Of a stretch of 64,000 nt of DNA, positions 28,484 through 36,196 are shown piece by piece. The DNA lies in IMG/VR virus record IMGVR_UViG_3300035130_000204. The stretch is one strand, 5' to 3'. The first letter of the stretch is position 1. Every line of letters begins with the position of its first letter. Source of the DNA: an uncultured virus (IMG/VR IMGVR_UViG_3300035130_000204). Lineage: Duplodnaviria > Heunggongvirae > Uroviricota > Caudoviricetes. A program made the position numbers and the translations under genes. Under the pieces are notes generated by a model that saw only the letters and a list, made by a program, of their open reading frames with translations, made no database searches and was not told the DNA's origin.

Positions 28484-29508
28484 CAGGAAACCCTCATCAC
28501 GCCGATCGCTCGGTTGTTAGCGGTCGCGGTGCCCGTGTTGGTTCTCCACCTCAGCTCGATCGCTTCGGTGCCGTCGACCGTCACCAACGCCTGGGTGAAA
28601 CCTTCCCAACTGGCGTTGGTCCACCTTGGGTTCTCGATCATTCGCTCCGAGTGGGCTATCTGAACCCCGTCCACGTAGATCGAGATGTAGATCTCGGCCC
28701 CGTTATTCGAATGAAGCAGGTCGGTTGAAGCGATGACCCAGTACGTCCCTGCCGGCGGCGTGAGTGTCAGACCAGAGAGGAGGACGTCAGTTCCCGACGT
28801 CGTAGTTGTCGTCGTTGTTGACGTCGCCTCGTCAGCGTAGGAGCCAGGCAGATCGTTGAGATCGGTAGGCTGCCACTCCGAGTCCGTGTTGTTCCACGCG
28901 AGCACATACTGGTCGGTGGGTGCCACAGTGTCGACGGCGTAGCCCTGCAGACTGATGGCGTCACGCACGGGGACGCTCTCAGCGCTGCGGCGGAACCTCA
29001 GCTCCTCGGTCGTTGAGTCGTACCAGAGATCACCCTCGGACGGGCCAGACGGGTCTGCCGTCCTCGCCGTCCCGAAGGCGATGTCGCCTCGGCTGTTGCC
29101 GGTGATTGGCTGGAGGTTGATAAGCGGATAGGCCGTCGCTTCGCTGTCGATGTCGAGTGCTGTGCCGTCGACATCCATATCGAGCTGCAGACACCCGTAG
29201 CCGGTCGGGTGACCCGTCGAGCACTGCATCGTGAGCGCTGGAACCGCCTCGGCGCTCGACTTCTCGACGCGAGCAGCCCCGATGACGCGCTCCATCTCGT
29301 CGCCGACACCGTCAAGACCACCGAGAATTCCCTGGCCGTCCGACTCTGCAACGAGGACGATGAGCTTCGTTTGAAACTCAGCGGCGCTGTCCGCCCTGAC
29401 CGTGTGAGCCGGGTTGTTCGGGCACACCGTCGGCGGTGTGTCAGCCCACTCTGGGACCCACTGAGCCTCGGTCTCGCAGTAGATGCGATAGTGCTTGAAG
29501 TCAGCCAT
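28483..29508 (-). CDS. Fibre-like protein
   Basis: Start MADFKHYRIYCETE (TGATG coupling); shares LDIDSEAT..PLINLQPI...RGDIAFGT.RT.DP..P.EGD.WY with 29508..30626. Confidence 0.7.
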   Translation of the reverse strand: MADFKHYRIYCETEAQWVPEWADTPPTVCPNNPAHTVRADSAAEFQTKLIVLVAESDGQGILGGLDGVGDEMERVIGAARVEKSSAEAVPALTMQCSTGHPTGYGCLQLDMDVDGTALDIDSEATAYPLINLQPITGNSRGDIAFGTARTADPSGPSEGDLWYDSTTEELRFRRSAESVPVRDAISLQGYAVDTVAPTDQYVLAWNNTDSEWQPTDLNDLPGSYADEATSTTTTTTTSGTDVLLSGLTLTPPAGTYWVIASTDLLHSNNGAEIYISIYVDGVQIAHSERMIENPRWTNASWEGFTQALVTVDGTEAIELRWRTNTGTATANNRAIGVMRVS

Positions 29509-30626
29509 CAGTAGAACTCCCAGTAATGCAGGTAGCCGTTCGAGGCTCCGCCGGTGCTCTTCATTCCCTGAACCTCGAAGATGGCACCTGCAGCGGGAAG
29601 GTTCGACAACGTTACGTCTGTGTAAGTCGTTTTGCCGCTGGCGGAGACAGTCACCCGCGCGATCTCGAGGGCGTTCGTGAAGTCGTAGAGCCGGACGTCG
29701 ATAGTCCCGGTCGTTCCGGCCCGACTCATGATGATGCGGAAGAGGTTGGGCGTGGAAATGTTTGTGCCCGGGAAGTAGCAGCTCCCGTAGACCTTCCAGC
29801 CCGTGCCGCTGATGCGAGCGTAGTCGTTGTTCCCGTCGTAGTAACCCTGGTTGGCTCCGGCAAGAAGCCCCGGCGAATTGAGGCAGCGCCGGTACGTGCC
29901 GTCCCAGTAGGAGAGGCACTTGTTCGTCGAGTTGTACCAGACGTCTCCTTCGTCCGGGTTGGCTGGGTCGGAGGTCCGAACGGTTCCGAAGGCGATGTCA
30001 CCGCGGTCATTCGTGACGATGGGCTGCAGGTTGATGAGCGGGCTGTCAGTTGCCTCGCTGTCGATGTCGAGACCGACAGCATCACTGTCCTGATCGATGA
30101 GAGCCGTACCGACGACCTTGAGCTGCTCGGTCCCCGTCATCGTGTTGCCGCCGAGGACCAGGTCGCCGTCGTCGAACCACTTGCCGTTCGGACTCGCGAA
30201 TGGACCGACCGCCACGTCGTCCGTCGCGACGTTTGGGTAGAGGAACCCGGAGGAGTCACGGTTCCACAGGAAGTACGCACCGGCCTGGAAGAGGTGGCAC
30301 TGCTGTTCGCCGATCGAAGTGATGTTCGCGTCGGCTTCGAGCGCAACCTCGATGGCCGCCGTCATGGTGTCGACCTCGGTCTCCGAGGGACACTCCTTTG
30401 ACAAGTAGGTAAACTTTTCGACCAAGCAGTTTAGCGTACGAACACCCTCGGCTCCGCCTGGCCCCCCTGCGTCCTCGACCCAAGCCAAGACGCGGTCGTA
30501 GGCGAGGTTGGCAACGCCGCTCAGTATCCCATCGAAACCAGTTGTCGCATTTGCAAGCTGCGTGTCATTCGAAGGGATCGCATAGGTGCCCGTACCGATG
30601 ACGTCAGTGATGAAGATGTTGCTCAT
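29508..30626 (-). CDS. Fibre-like protein, mosaic of modules in 21296..23623 and 28483..29508
   Basis: First ~170 aa closely match 21296..23623. Confidence 0.75.
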   Translation of the reverse strand: MSNIFITDVIGTGTYAIPSNDTQLANATTGFDGILSGVANLAYDRVLAWVEDAGGPGGAEGVRTLNCLVEKFTYLSKECPSETEVDTMTAAIEVALEADANITSIGEQQCHLFQAGAYFLWNRDSSGFLYPNVATDDVAVGPFASPNGKWFDDGDLVLGGNTMTGTEQLKVVGTALIDQDSDAVGLDIDSEATDSPLINLQPIVTNDRGDIAFGTVRTSDPANPDEGDVWYNSTNKCLSYWDGTYRRCLNSPGLLAGANQGYYDGNNDYARISGTGWKVYGSCYFPGTNISTPNLFRIIMSRAGTTGTIDVRLYDFTNALEIARVTVSASGKTTYTDVTLSNLPAAGAIFEVQGMKSTGGASNGYLHYWEFY

Positions 30627-30804
30627 GGAGCCCCTGCGACATAATCCTAAGGACGAACGAACACTTCAGCCGTCCCATCACATCTGCATGCTGAACGGCA
30701 TGTACGACGGGGCCAACCGCACAGGCCTTCGGACCCTATCCTTTCATGATCGTACTCTTAAAGGCAAGAATCCTGAGAACGTCACGGTTGGCAACATCTG
30801 CTAG

Positions 30805-31329
30805 GTGCGTTACGCTCGGGTTGAGACCAAACACATGAAGCTCTGGTACCAGCTTCTCCAGCACCCGTCAGGCTACGAAAACCTCGATGTCGTTGCAGAA
30901 TTCTTAGAGGTGTGGTTCAAGACCAGACGCCTTCATGCCATCGACCCTGGCGAGCTAGCAGGCGTGATCGACGTGCTGTACGACTGCGCACCCGCAAGCA
31001 CCGAATGGGTGACGATTCTGCTTCGTCCCCAGGAGCTTGCCAGGTACATCACGGTCTACATGAAGGACGAGTACGACGGCGGCGCGATGATGAAGGGTCG
31101 CGACACCAAGCTGTCAACCAAGTACAAGGAGTGGCTCCAGCGCGGGCACGAGCCCCCGCCGATCCTGGTTGCTGGCGCAGAGAACGACGATGGCACCGAG
31201 CGCGGGATCATGCTCATCGACGGACGACACCGCATCTACGCGTCCATTGCGGCGGGTCTGAAAACGATAAAAGCCTACATACCGAAGAACCACCTTTCGT
31301 ATCTTCGCGACGCTGAGCTAGTCTCCTAG
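30805..31329 (+). CDS. ParB/Sulfiredoxin-like domain protein
   Basis: PPPILV...LIDGRHRIYASIAAGLKTIKAYI. Confidence 0.8.
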   Translation: MRYARVETKHMKLWYQLLQHPSGYENLDVVAEFLEVWFKTRRLHAIDPGELAGVIDVLYDCAPASTEWVTILLRPQELARYITVYMKDEYDGGAMMKGRDTKLSTKYKEWLQRGHEPPPILVAGAENDDGTERGIMLIDGRHRIYASIAAGLKTIKAYIPKNHLSYLRDAELVS

Positions 31330-31787
31330 GCCAGCCTCTTGGCACGAACATACTCGATGGCTCGAACGAAAGATTCGTTCGACAGCGTACACGGATGACG
31401 ACGCCGAATCGCCCTGATCGCACTTCTGGGCGATGAACCAAGATGCAGCATGGTCAGCGCTGTCATCAAGCCAGATCGGTTCATGCCCATGTTGCAAAAG
31501 ATGAAAACCTTGTCGCCTCGGCGCACACGAGCTGCTATAGCCTCGGCCGTATCGACCAGACTCCACAGCTCGTGTGGGTAACGCCGAAAGTCGAACGGCA
31601 CGTCCCTGAGCGGGATGTACATCGTGGTGATGCCGCGCTTCGGCTCGGCTTTCCACTCCTCAGCGGCGCTGACCACCATATCGAAATGACCGCTCTCGAC
31701 GCCGTCCTTCGAGCCCATGTAGAGCCCTCTTCGAATGCGCGTCGCCGGCTCGGCGTCCTTCATGACGTCGTAGCTACAAACCGGCAT
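31326..31787 (-). CDS. Dual-specificity/tyrosine phosphatase-family protein
   Basis: GLYMGS, IPLRD acid loop, CX5R P-loop FCNMGMNRSG, IRRRHP...NESF. Confidence 0.85.
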   Translation of the reverse strand: MPVCSYDVMKDAEPATRIRRGLYMGSKDGVESGHFDMVVSAAEEWKAEPKRGITTMYIPLRDVPFDFRRYPHELWSLVDTAEAIAARVRRGDKVFIFCNMGMNRSGLMTALTMLHLGSSPRSAIRAIRRRHPCTLSNESFVRAIEYVRAKRLA

Positions 31788-31791
31788 GGGG

Positions 31792-32235
31792 TTACCCGCG
31801 GCCGAAAATTAGGTAGCCGCCGACAAGCGCCGCCGCCGCCACACCAAGCACGTTTGCAGGCGACCACTCGATGGCGCCGAGCTGCTGAACGTTCGCCTTC
31901 TCTATCTGACCGACTCCCAGCTGCTCTACGTTGGCCTTCTCGATCTGGCCCATCGGCACGACACCGACAAGCTGCGGCTGCTCTGCACGGCAGGTCATCG
32001 AGCACATGTACGACAGGCCACCTGCGATGGCCGCGCCCAGCGCTGCACCCTTGAGCACGGTGTCGCCGCTGAACCCGCCGACGACCGCGCCCCCGATCAT
32101 CCAGGTTGGCCGAACGCCTTTTTCGAGCATCCACTTCTTCATGCGCTCGAGCGAAGCTCCAGCCTCACCGTTCCCGTTTTCTGCCAGACCGTTCATTGGT
32201 CCCTCCACGACTGCAAGATGCTCAACAGGCATCAT
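31792..32235 (-). CDS. Small Gly-rich membrane protein with internal repeat
   Basis: Glycine-zipper-like hydrophobic segments; GQIEKANV(E/Q)QLG twice; C-terminal TM. Confidence 0.65.
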   Translation of the reverse strand: MMPVEHLAVVEGPMNGLAENGNGEAGASLERMKKWMLEKGVRPTWMIGGAVVGGFSGDTVLKGAALGAAIAGGLSYMCSMTCRAEQPQLVGVVPMGQIEKANVEQLGVGQIEKANVQQLGAIEWSPANVLGVAAAALVGGYLIFGRG

Positions 32236-32491
32236 GCTCCTCCTTGGATTGTGGCGGGACCTGGGGCCGGGGACAGTCCCTATCTCACGATTTCTACAGT
32301 TCGCATCGCAACAAACCCGTGCGTAGGACAGGCGTATCCCCAGTTACCAGATTGGCAACATTGCCGCCTGACGGCCCTTCGGCCGCAGGTAGCACAGACG
32401 AGGACTTTGACTGTCCTGACAGGCGGGAGTTGTCGACGACGATCGAACATGTCGCCGATGATAATACTTCGTCCTCAGGATTTATGTCCAG

Positions 32492-32812
32492 CTATCGACC
32501 TGTGTTGGCCATGCGCTGCTGCGCAGCGAGCTGCTGGTCCGCGACACGCTCCAGCTCGTCCTGATCGATGCCATAACGCACGCGCTGGCCGCACTGGCCA
32601 TTCGGACACTCTGCTGCGGTGGTCCACCCCTCAGAGGTGTTCTGCACCCCAGGCACATTCTGGCCTTGAAGCATCATGCGCACCTCCTGCCAGGAGTGCT
32701 TCACCGCGAACTCCATCTCGCAGAACGGACAGATGCACTTGACGAATGCACCTTCCTGACGACGGTACATCGGAAATTTATGATCGCTGTCCGAGAAGAT
32801 CTGGTTGCCCAT
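32492..32812 (-). CDS. Zinc-ribbon hypothetical protein
   Basis: CPFC...CPNGQC; GGAGG RBS. Confidence 0.6.
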   Translation of the reverse strand: MGNQIFSDSDHKFPMYRRQEGAFVKCICPFCEMEFAVKHSWQEVRMMLQGQNVPGVQNTSEGWTTAAECPNGQCGQRVRYGIDQDELERVADQQLAAQQRMANTGR

Positions 32813-32833
32813 CAGTGCCTCCGACGAGTGATC

Positions 32834-32859
32834 TAACACGTGCTATACAGCAAGGTCAA
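32834..32859 (-). promoter_or_regulatory. Promoter with TAGCAYRTGYTA operator-like palindrome
   Basis: TTGACC-N8-TAGCACGTGTTA-GATC. Confidence 0.55.
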
Positions 32860-33422
32860 CCGCCTTGGCTCGAGGCGGCCTCTGTCGGCAAGCGTTTTTC
32901 CAGCTGTTGCAAGATCACGTCCTGCCTGTCCTGCCGTTCCATTGTCTTGACCACAAAAGCCGTAGCTGCGAACAAGAACGTGAGCAGTGCGATGATGGAG
33001 GAGACCAGCTTTAGCCAGTAAGCAAAGTCACGCTGCGACTTTATGGCAGGCTGCTGTTGTGTCTTTGTCGGATCGCTAGTTGCCTCTTGTGCTATCCGTG
33101 CTTTTTCCCACAACTCCGGAAGCGTCATGTTGACGCCAGTGATTTCGCGCTTGCCGTCCATGCGATCCTTGAGGGCCCGCGCTTCTTCGGATCTTGCGGT
33201 CGCGCAGCTTTCCTTCGTAACCAAGTGAGGCATCAAGGCGGCCATCTCCGTGACCGCCCTGGAAACCTCCTTCATGTCCTTCTTGATCTCACCGATCTCT
33301 CGACCTTGTGTGCGCATCTCCTGGCGCACCTCAGCGATAAAGGCTGTACTGATCGCGCTTGGCGCAGGAGTTTCTCGCAGCCCTCTGGATGTATATTTTC
33401 CACTTCCGCTGGAGTCAGTCAT
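32856..33422 (-). CDS. Coiled-coil plus single-TM membrane protein (possibly holin-like)
   Basis: LVSSIIALLTFLFAATAFVV TM; near the M23 gene. Confidence 0.55.
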   Translation of the reverse strand: MTDSSGSGKYTSRGLRETPAPSAISTAFIAEVRQEMRTQGREIGEIKKDMKEVSRAVTEMAALMPHLVTKESCATARSEEARALKDRMDGKREITGVNMTLPELWEKARIAQEATSDPTKTQQQPAIKSQRDFAYWLKLVSSIIALLTFLFAATAFVVKTMERQDRQDVILQQLEKRLPTEAASSQGG

Positions 33423-34098
33423 CGAAATCCACCAACCCCCTCCCGCGCATGAACACGTAGAGCAGTAGCTGGACCTTGGTCAGCTCGCCCGATCGTATCT
33501 TCGACTCGAGCTTGGCCAACCGCTTGAGCACGTCGTTGCGAAACGGCCACATGAAGTAGTAGTCCGCGCTGGTGTACATGCTCACGCGACCATCGCGCCA
33601 CTTGCTAGAGACGTTTCCTCGATACCAAATCCAAAAAGCCATGCCTGCGCCATTCGCACGAGTCTCGATGATCATTCGACCTACCGAGGGCAAAGGCGTT
33701 AGCAGCAGCAAAAAGAGCACTGCGATGAACCAGTAGGGACTCAGCACGATGGACACAAGCGACAGCAGAGCTAACAGCGCCGACACCTGAGGGTTGATGT
33801 AAGCCAGCTCGTAGAGCAAAGGCAGCCGCTTAGCGTCCATCGAATGCTGAGCTTCGTGTACCAGCGTCGCTGCGTCACCAGGTGGGTCGTCGCCAAACTT
33901 CTTGTCCACGTCCGGCCAGTAGACCGTCTTGCCGATCGTCGTGACGTAATCGGTCATGAAGCGCTTGTTGAAGAACAGAAGATACGAAAGCAGCTTCATG
34001 AAGCGGCTAGTATTTTTTTCGACGACGCGTATCCCTACCTCACGCTCGAGCATCTCACGAAGCTGGAGGAGGTCGGTTTTGGTGAACGGGCGATTCAT
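33415..34098 (-). CDS. Membrane protein with HExxH metallopeptidase motif
   Basis: VTTIGKTVY...LVHEAQH; two TM helices. Confidence 0.65.
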   Translation of the reverse strand: MNRPFTKTDLLQLREMLEREVGIRVVEKNTSRFMKLLSYLLFFNKRFMTDYVTTIGKTVYWPDVDKKFGDDPPGDAATLVHEAQHSMDAKRLPLLYELAYINPQVSALLALLSLVSIVLSPYWFIAVLFLLLLTPLPSVGRMIIETRANGAGMAFWIWYRGNVSSKWRDGRVSMYTSADYYFMWPFRNDVLKRLAKLESKIRSGELTKVQLLLYVFMRGRGLVDFDD

Positions 34099-34650
34099 TT
34101 ACCGGCGCTGAAACGGGAAGGGCTGGCGGCGCGGGGGCTCGAACTGCATCAGGTCCAGGTTGACCATCCAACCGTCGGGAACCTTGTTGCGCTTGGCGAT
34201 GCTCTTGACCGTTGCGTTCAGCTCGGTCTGCGCCGTCTTGCGCTTATCGATCAGGTCGTCCTCGGTCTGACGATACTGGATTCGTGCAGAAGCCAGCTGC
34301 GCCTCGAAGTCGCGCATGGACTGAAGCGCTTCACGAATCTGCTCGGCATCGTCGTCGTCGAGCGGCACCGGCTGCGGTACGTCCGGCGCCTTCGGCGCCT
34401 CGGCGGCTTCCTTCTTTTCGGTTTTCTCCGAGACCAACTCCCTCGGTCCTTCTTCGGTTTTGGCAGCGCCGTTGCCTCCACCGTCTGCCCCGTTGTCCTT
34501 TGACTCATCCTCCTTGTCGGTCGAGCCAACGACTTTCGGCTCTCCGCCCCGCTCGACCACCCCGACCTTGCCGTCGACAGATCGCTTCATGACCTCATCG
34601 ATGCCGCCAACGGGCGCCTTGGCCTCAGGACGATTTTTTTGCTTTGCCAT
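34099..34650 (-). CDS. Hypothetical protein (disordered N-terminus, coiled-coil C-terminus)
   Basis: AGGAG before ATG 34650. Confidence 0.65.
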   Translation of the reverse strand: MAKQKNRPEAKAPVGGIDEVMKRSVDGKVGVVERGGEPKVVGSTDKEDESKDNGADGGGNGAAKTEEGPRELVSEKTEKKEAAEAPKAPDVPQPVPLDDDDAEQIREALQSMRDFEAQLASARIQYRQTEDDLIDKRKTAQTELNATVKSIAKRNKVPDGWMVNLDLMQFEPPRRQPFPFQRR

Positions 34651-34694
34651 GTCTTCGTGCTCCTGGTGCTCAATGATGGATACGGATTGCCCCA

Positions 34695-34779
34695 AGTATG
34701 TTCGAAGAAGTTCTTGCCCGTCAAGAAAGCATCCTGAGTACTTGAACTTGTAAAATTTAAGCGCTAGCATCCTCAGGAC
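34695..34779 (-). promoter_or_regulatory. Putative promoter with two upstream TCCT/AGGA-type boxes
   Basis: TTGACG-N18-CATACT; ATCCTGAGTAC 34731-34741 and ATCCTCAGGAC 34769-34779. Confidence 0.5.
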
Positions 34780-34820
34780 AACGGCTCTCAGAGTAGAGCC
34801 ACCCCGGGGCGGGGAACGTC

Positions 34821-34860
34821 AACCGCGGCAGCACCGAGGAGGGGCTGCCGCGGTTTTTTT
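34821..34860 (+). terminator. Rho-independent terminator
   Basis: AACCGCGGCAGC-N11-GCTGCCGCGGTT ending in a 7-T run. Confidence 0.75.
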
Positions 34861-35122
34861 GTGTCTTCGCGCGCGGAGCCTATGCTCGAGGACGTAGCAG
34901 ATTACGAATTTTGGGGGCATGTGACCACAAGGAGAGATGTCTGGGCACAGCTCCTGCTGATCACTATTGTTCTTAGCTCTGCCCCCTTAAGGTTAATCCT
35001 TACTCAAGGTTAAGGCCCAAAGACATAAGATCCCTGCTATAGCTTAAAGCATAGGATCGAATACGTTGTGGCCTGGGGCCTGGCGCCCCCACTTCTAGCG
35101 TCAGCAGTGATCTCTGCCGATG

Positions 35123-35845
35123 CTATCGTGGAGCTGCAGAGTAGCGGACACCGTGAGAGCCCAGGTACTGCACAGGGTCGACGCCGAACCTGCCCTCGTA
35201 AGGCGTGGAGATGGTGAAGCGCACGTTCGCGGGCATCTTGCGCGGCCCGGTGCCATGGATGCTCATGTGCAGATGTGGTCCCATCTGCGCGAAGTGCCGA
35301 CAGCGTGGGTCTCGACCAGTGCCTTGCTGCGCAGGGTCTGCTGGCTTGCGCCCCGTGCCGCTGGTTCTGCCCATGCGACCGATGATCGAGCCGCCCTGAA
35401 CGAGCGCTCCGCGCTCGACCAGACGGTCGTTCAGGTGAGCGTAGAGCGAAGACGATCCATCGCTATGACGAAGAAGGATCGCTTCTCCGTAGCCACGCTT
35501 CTGTCCTGAGTGCTCCACCACCCCCGAGCGCATGGCGCGTACGCTCACTCCCTGCTCTGCGCCGATGTCGATGCCAGGATGCAGCAGATCGCGGCCGTCG
35601 CTGGTCACGCGCATGCCCCATCCTCGGACGAAATTTCCGCGGTCACAGATGTGGCTCGCCCAGACGTCCGGAATGCGCATCGAAGCTAGATTTTCCCGAA
35701 CAAATTCGCCACTCTCTAGGTCTTGACTGCGGCCCTCCATCATCGCTGCGATGAGCGCTGTAGCACCTGTACCAGCAGCACCGATGACGCCTGCAACTTG
35801 CCCTGCTCCCACGGTTTTCCTCCGGTTCGCGAAAAATTCTATCAC
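35123..35845 (-). CDS. M23 family peptidase (probable peptidoglycan hydrolase)
   Basis: HPGIDIGA, GYGEAILLRH, SLYAHL, GPHLH; start uncertain. Confidence 0.9.
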   Translation of the reverse strand: MIEFFANRRKTVGAGQVAGVIGAAGTGATALIAAMMEGRSQDLESGEFVRENLASMRIPDVWASHICDRGNFVRGWGMRVTSDGRDLLHPGIDIGAEQGVSVRAMRSGVVEHSGQKRGYGEAILLRHSDGSSSLYAHLNDRLVERGALVQGGSIIGRMGRTSGTGRKPADPAQQGTGRDPRCRHFAQMGPHLHMSIHGTGPRKMPANVRFTISTPYEGRFGVDPVQYLGSHGVRYSAAPR

Positions 35846-35996
35846 AAGGTGTCCTCAGGATGCAGGTTCTAGGCGCGAGCCAGAGAGAGATCTGATCTGC
35901 TGCGTCCCAGGGATTATGGGCGCTTCGGAGAAAAGTGATCGCCCGATGCAGATCGATGCTTGACACGAGGGCGTCACTCGGACGACTGTGGTCAGC

Positions 35997-36193
35997 ACGG
36001 TTGAGTTGATGAGTTTTCTCTCGTTGCAAGTGAGGTAGTCATCGAGTAGCATAGTCAGAGCTACCCCGGTCCCCATCGCTAAGGTGGGACCTCCCTTTTT
36101 GCCTCGCTTGCAAGATGGGAACTCATCAACCGTACCGCCATCTTGGCGGTGGGGACGGGGGTAGCTCTCGCTCTGTGCTCGGGGGAGCGAGGG
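35997..36193 (+). promoter_or_regulatory. Structured 5' leader (crossing long helices) of the replication operon
   Basis: Two ~30-nt complementary pairs with G-U wobble on the plus strand; upstream TTGACA 35960-35965. Confidence 0.6.
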
Positions 36194-36196
36194 GAC

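Noticed and set aside
30627..30804. Structured RNA in the divergent gap
   Set aside because: Short stems exist (GCCAACCG/CGGTTGGC, TGCATGCT/GGCATGTA) but are too few to separate from chance or promoter symmetry
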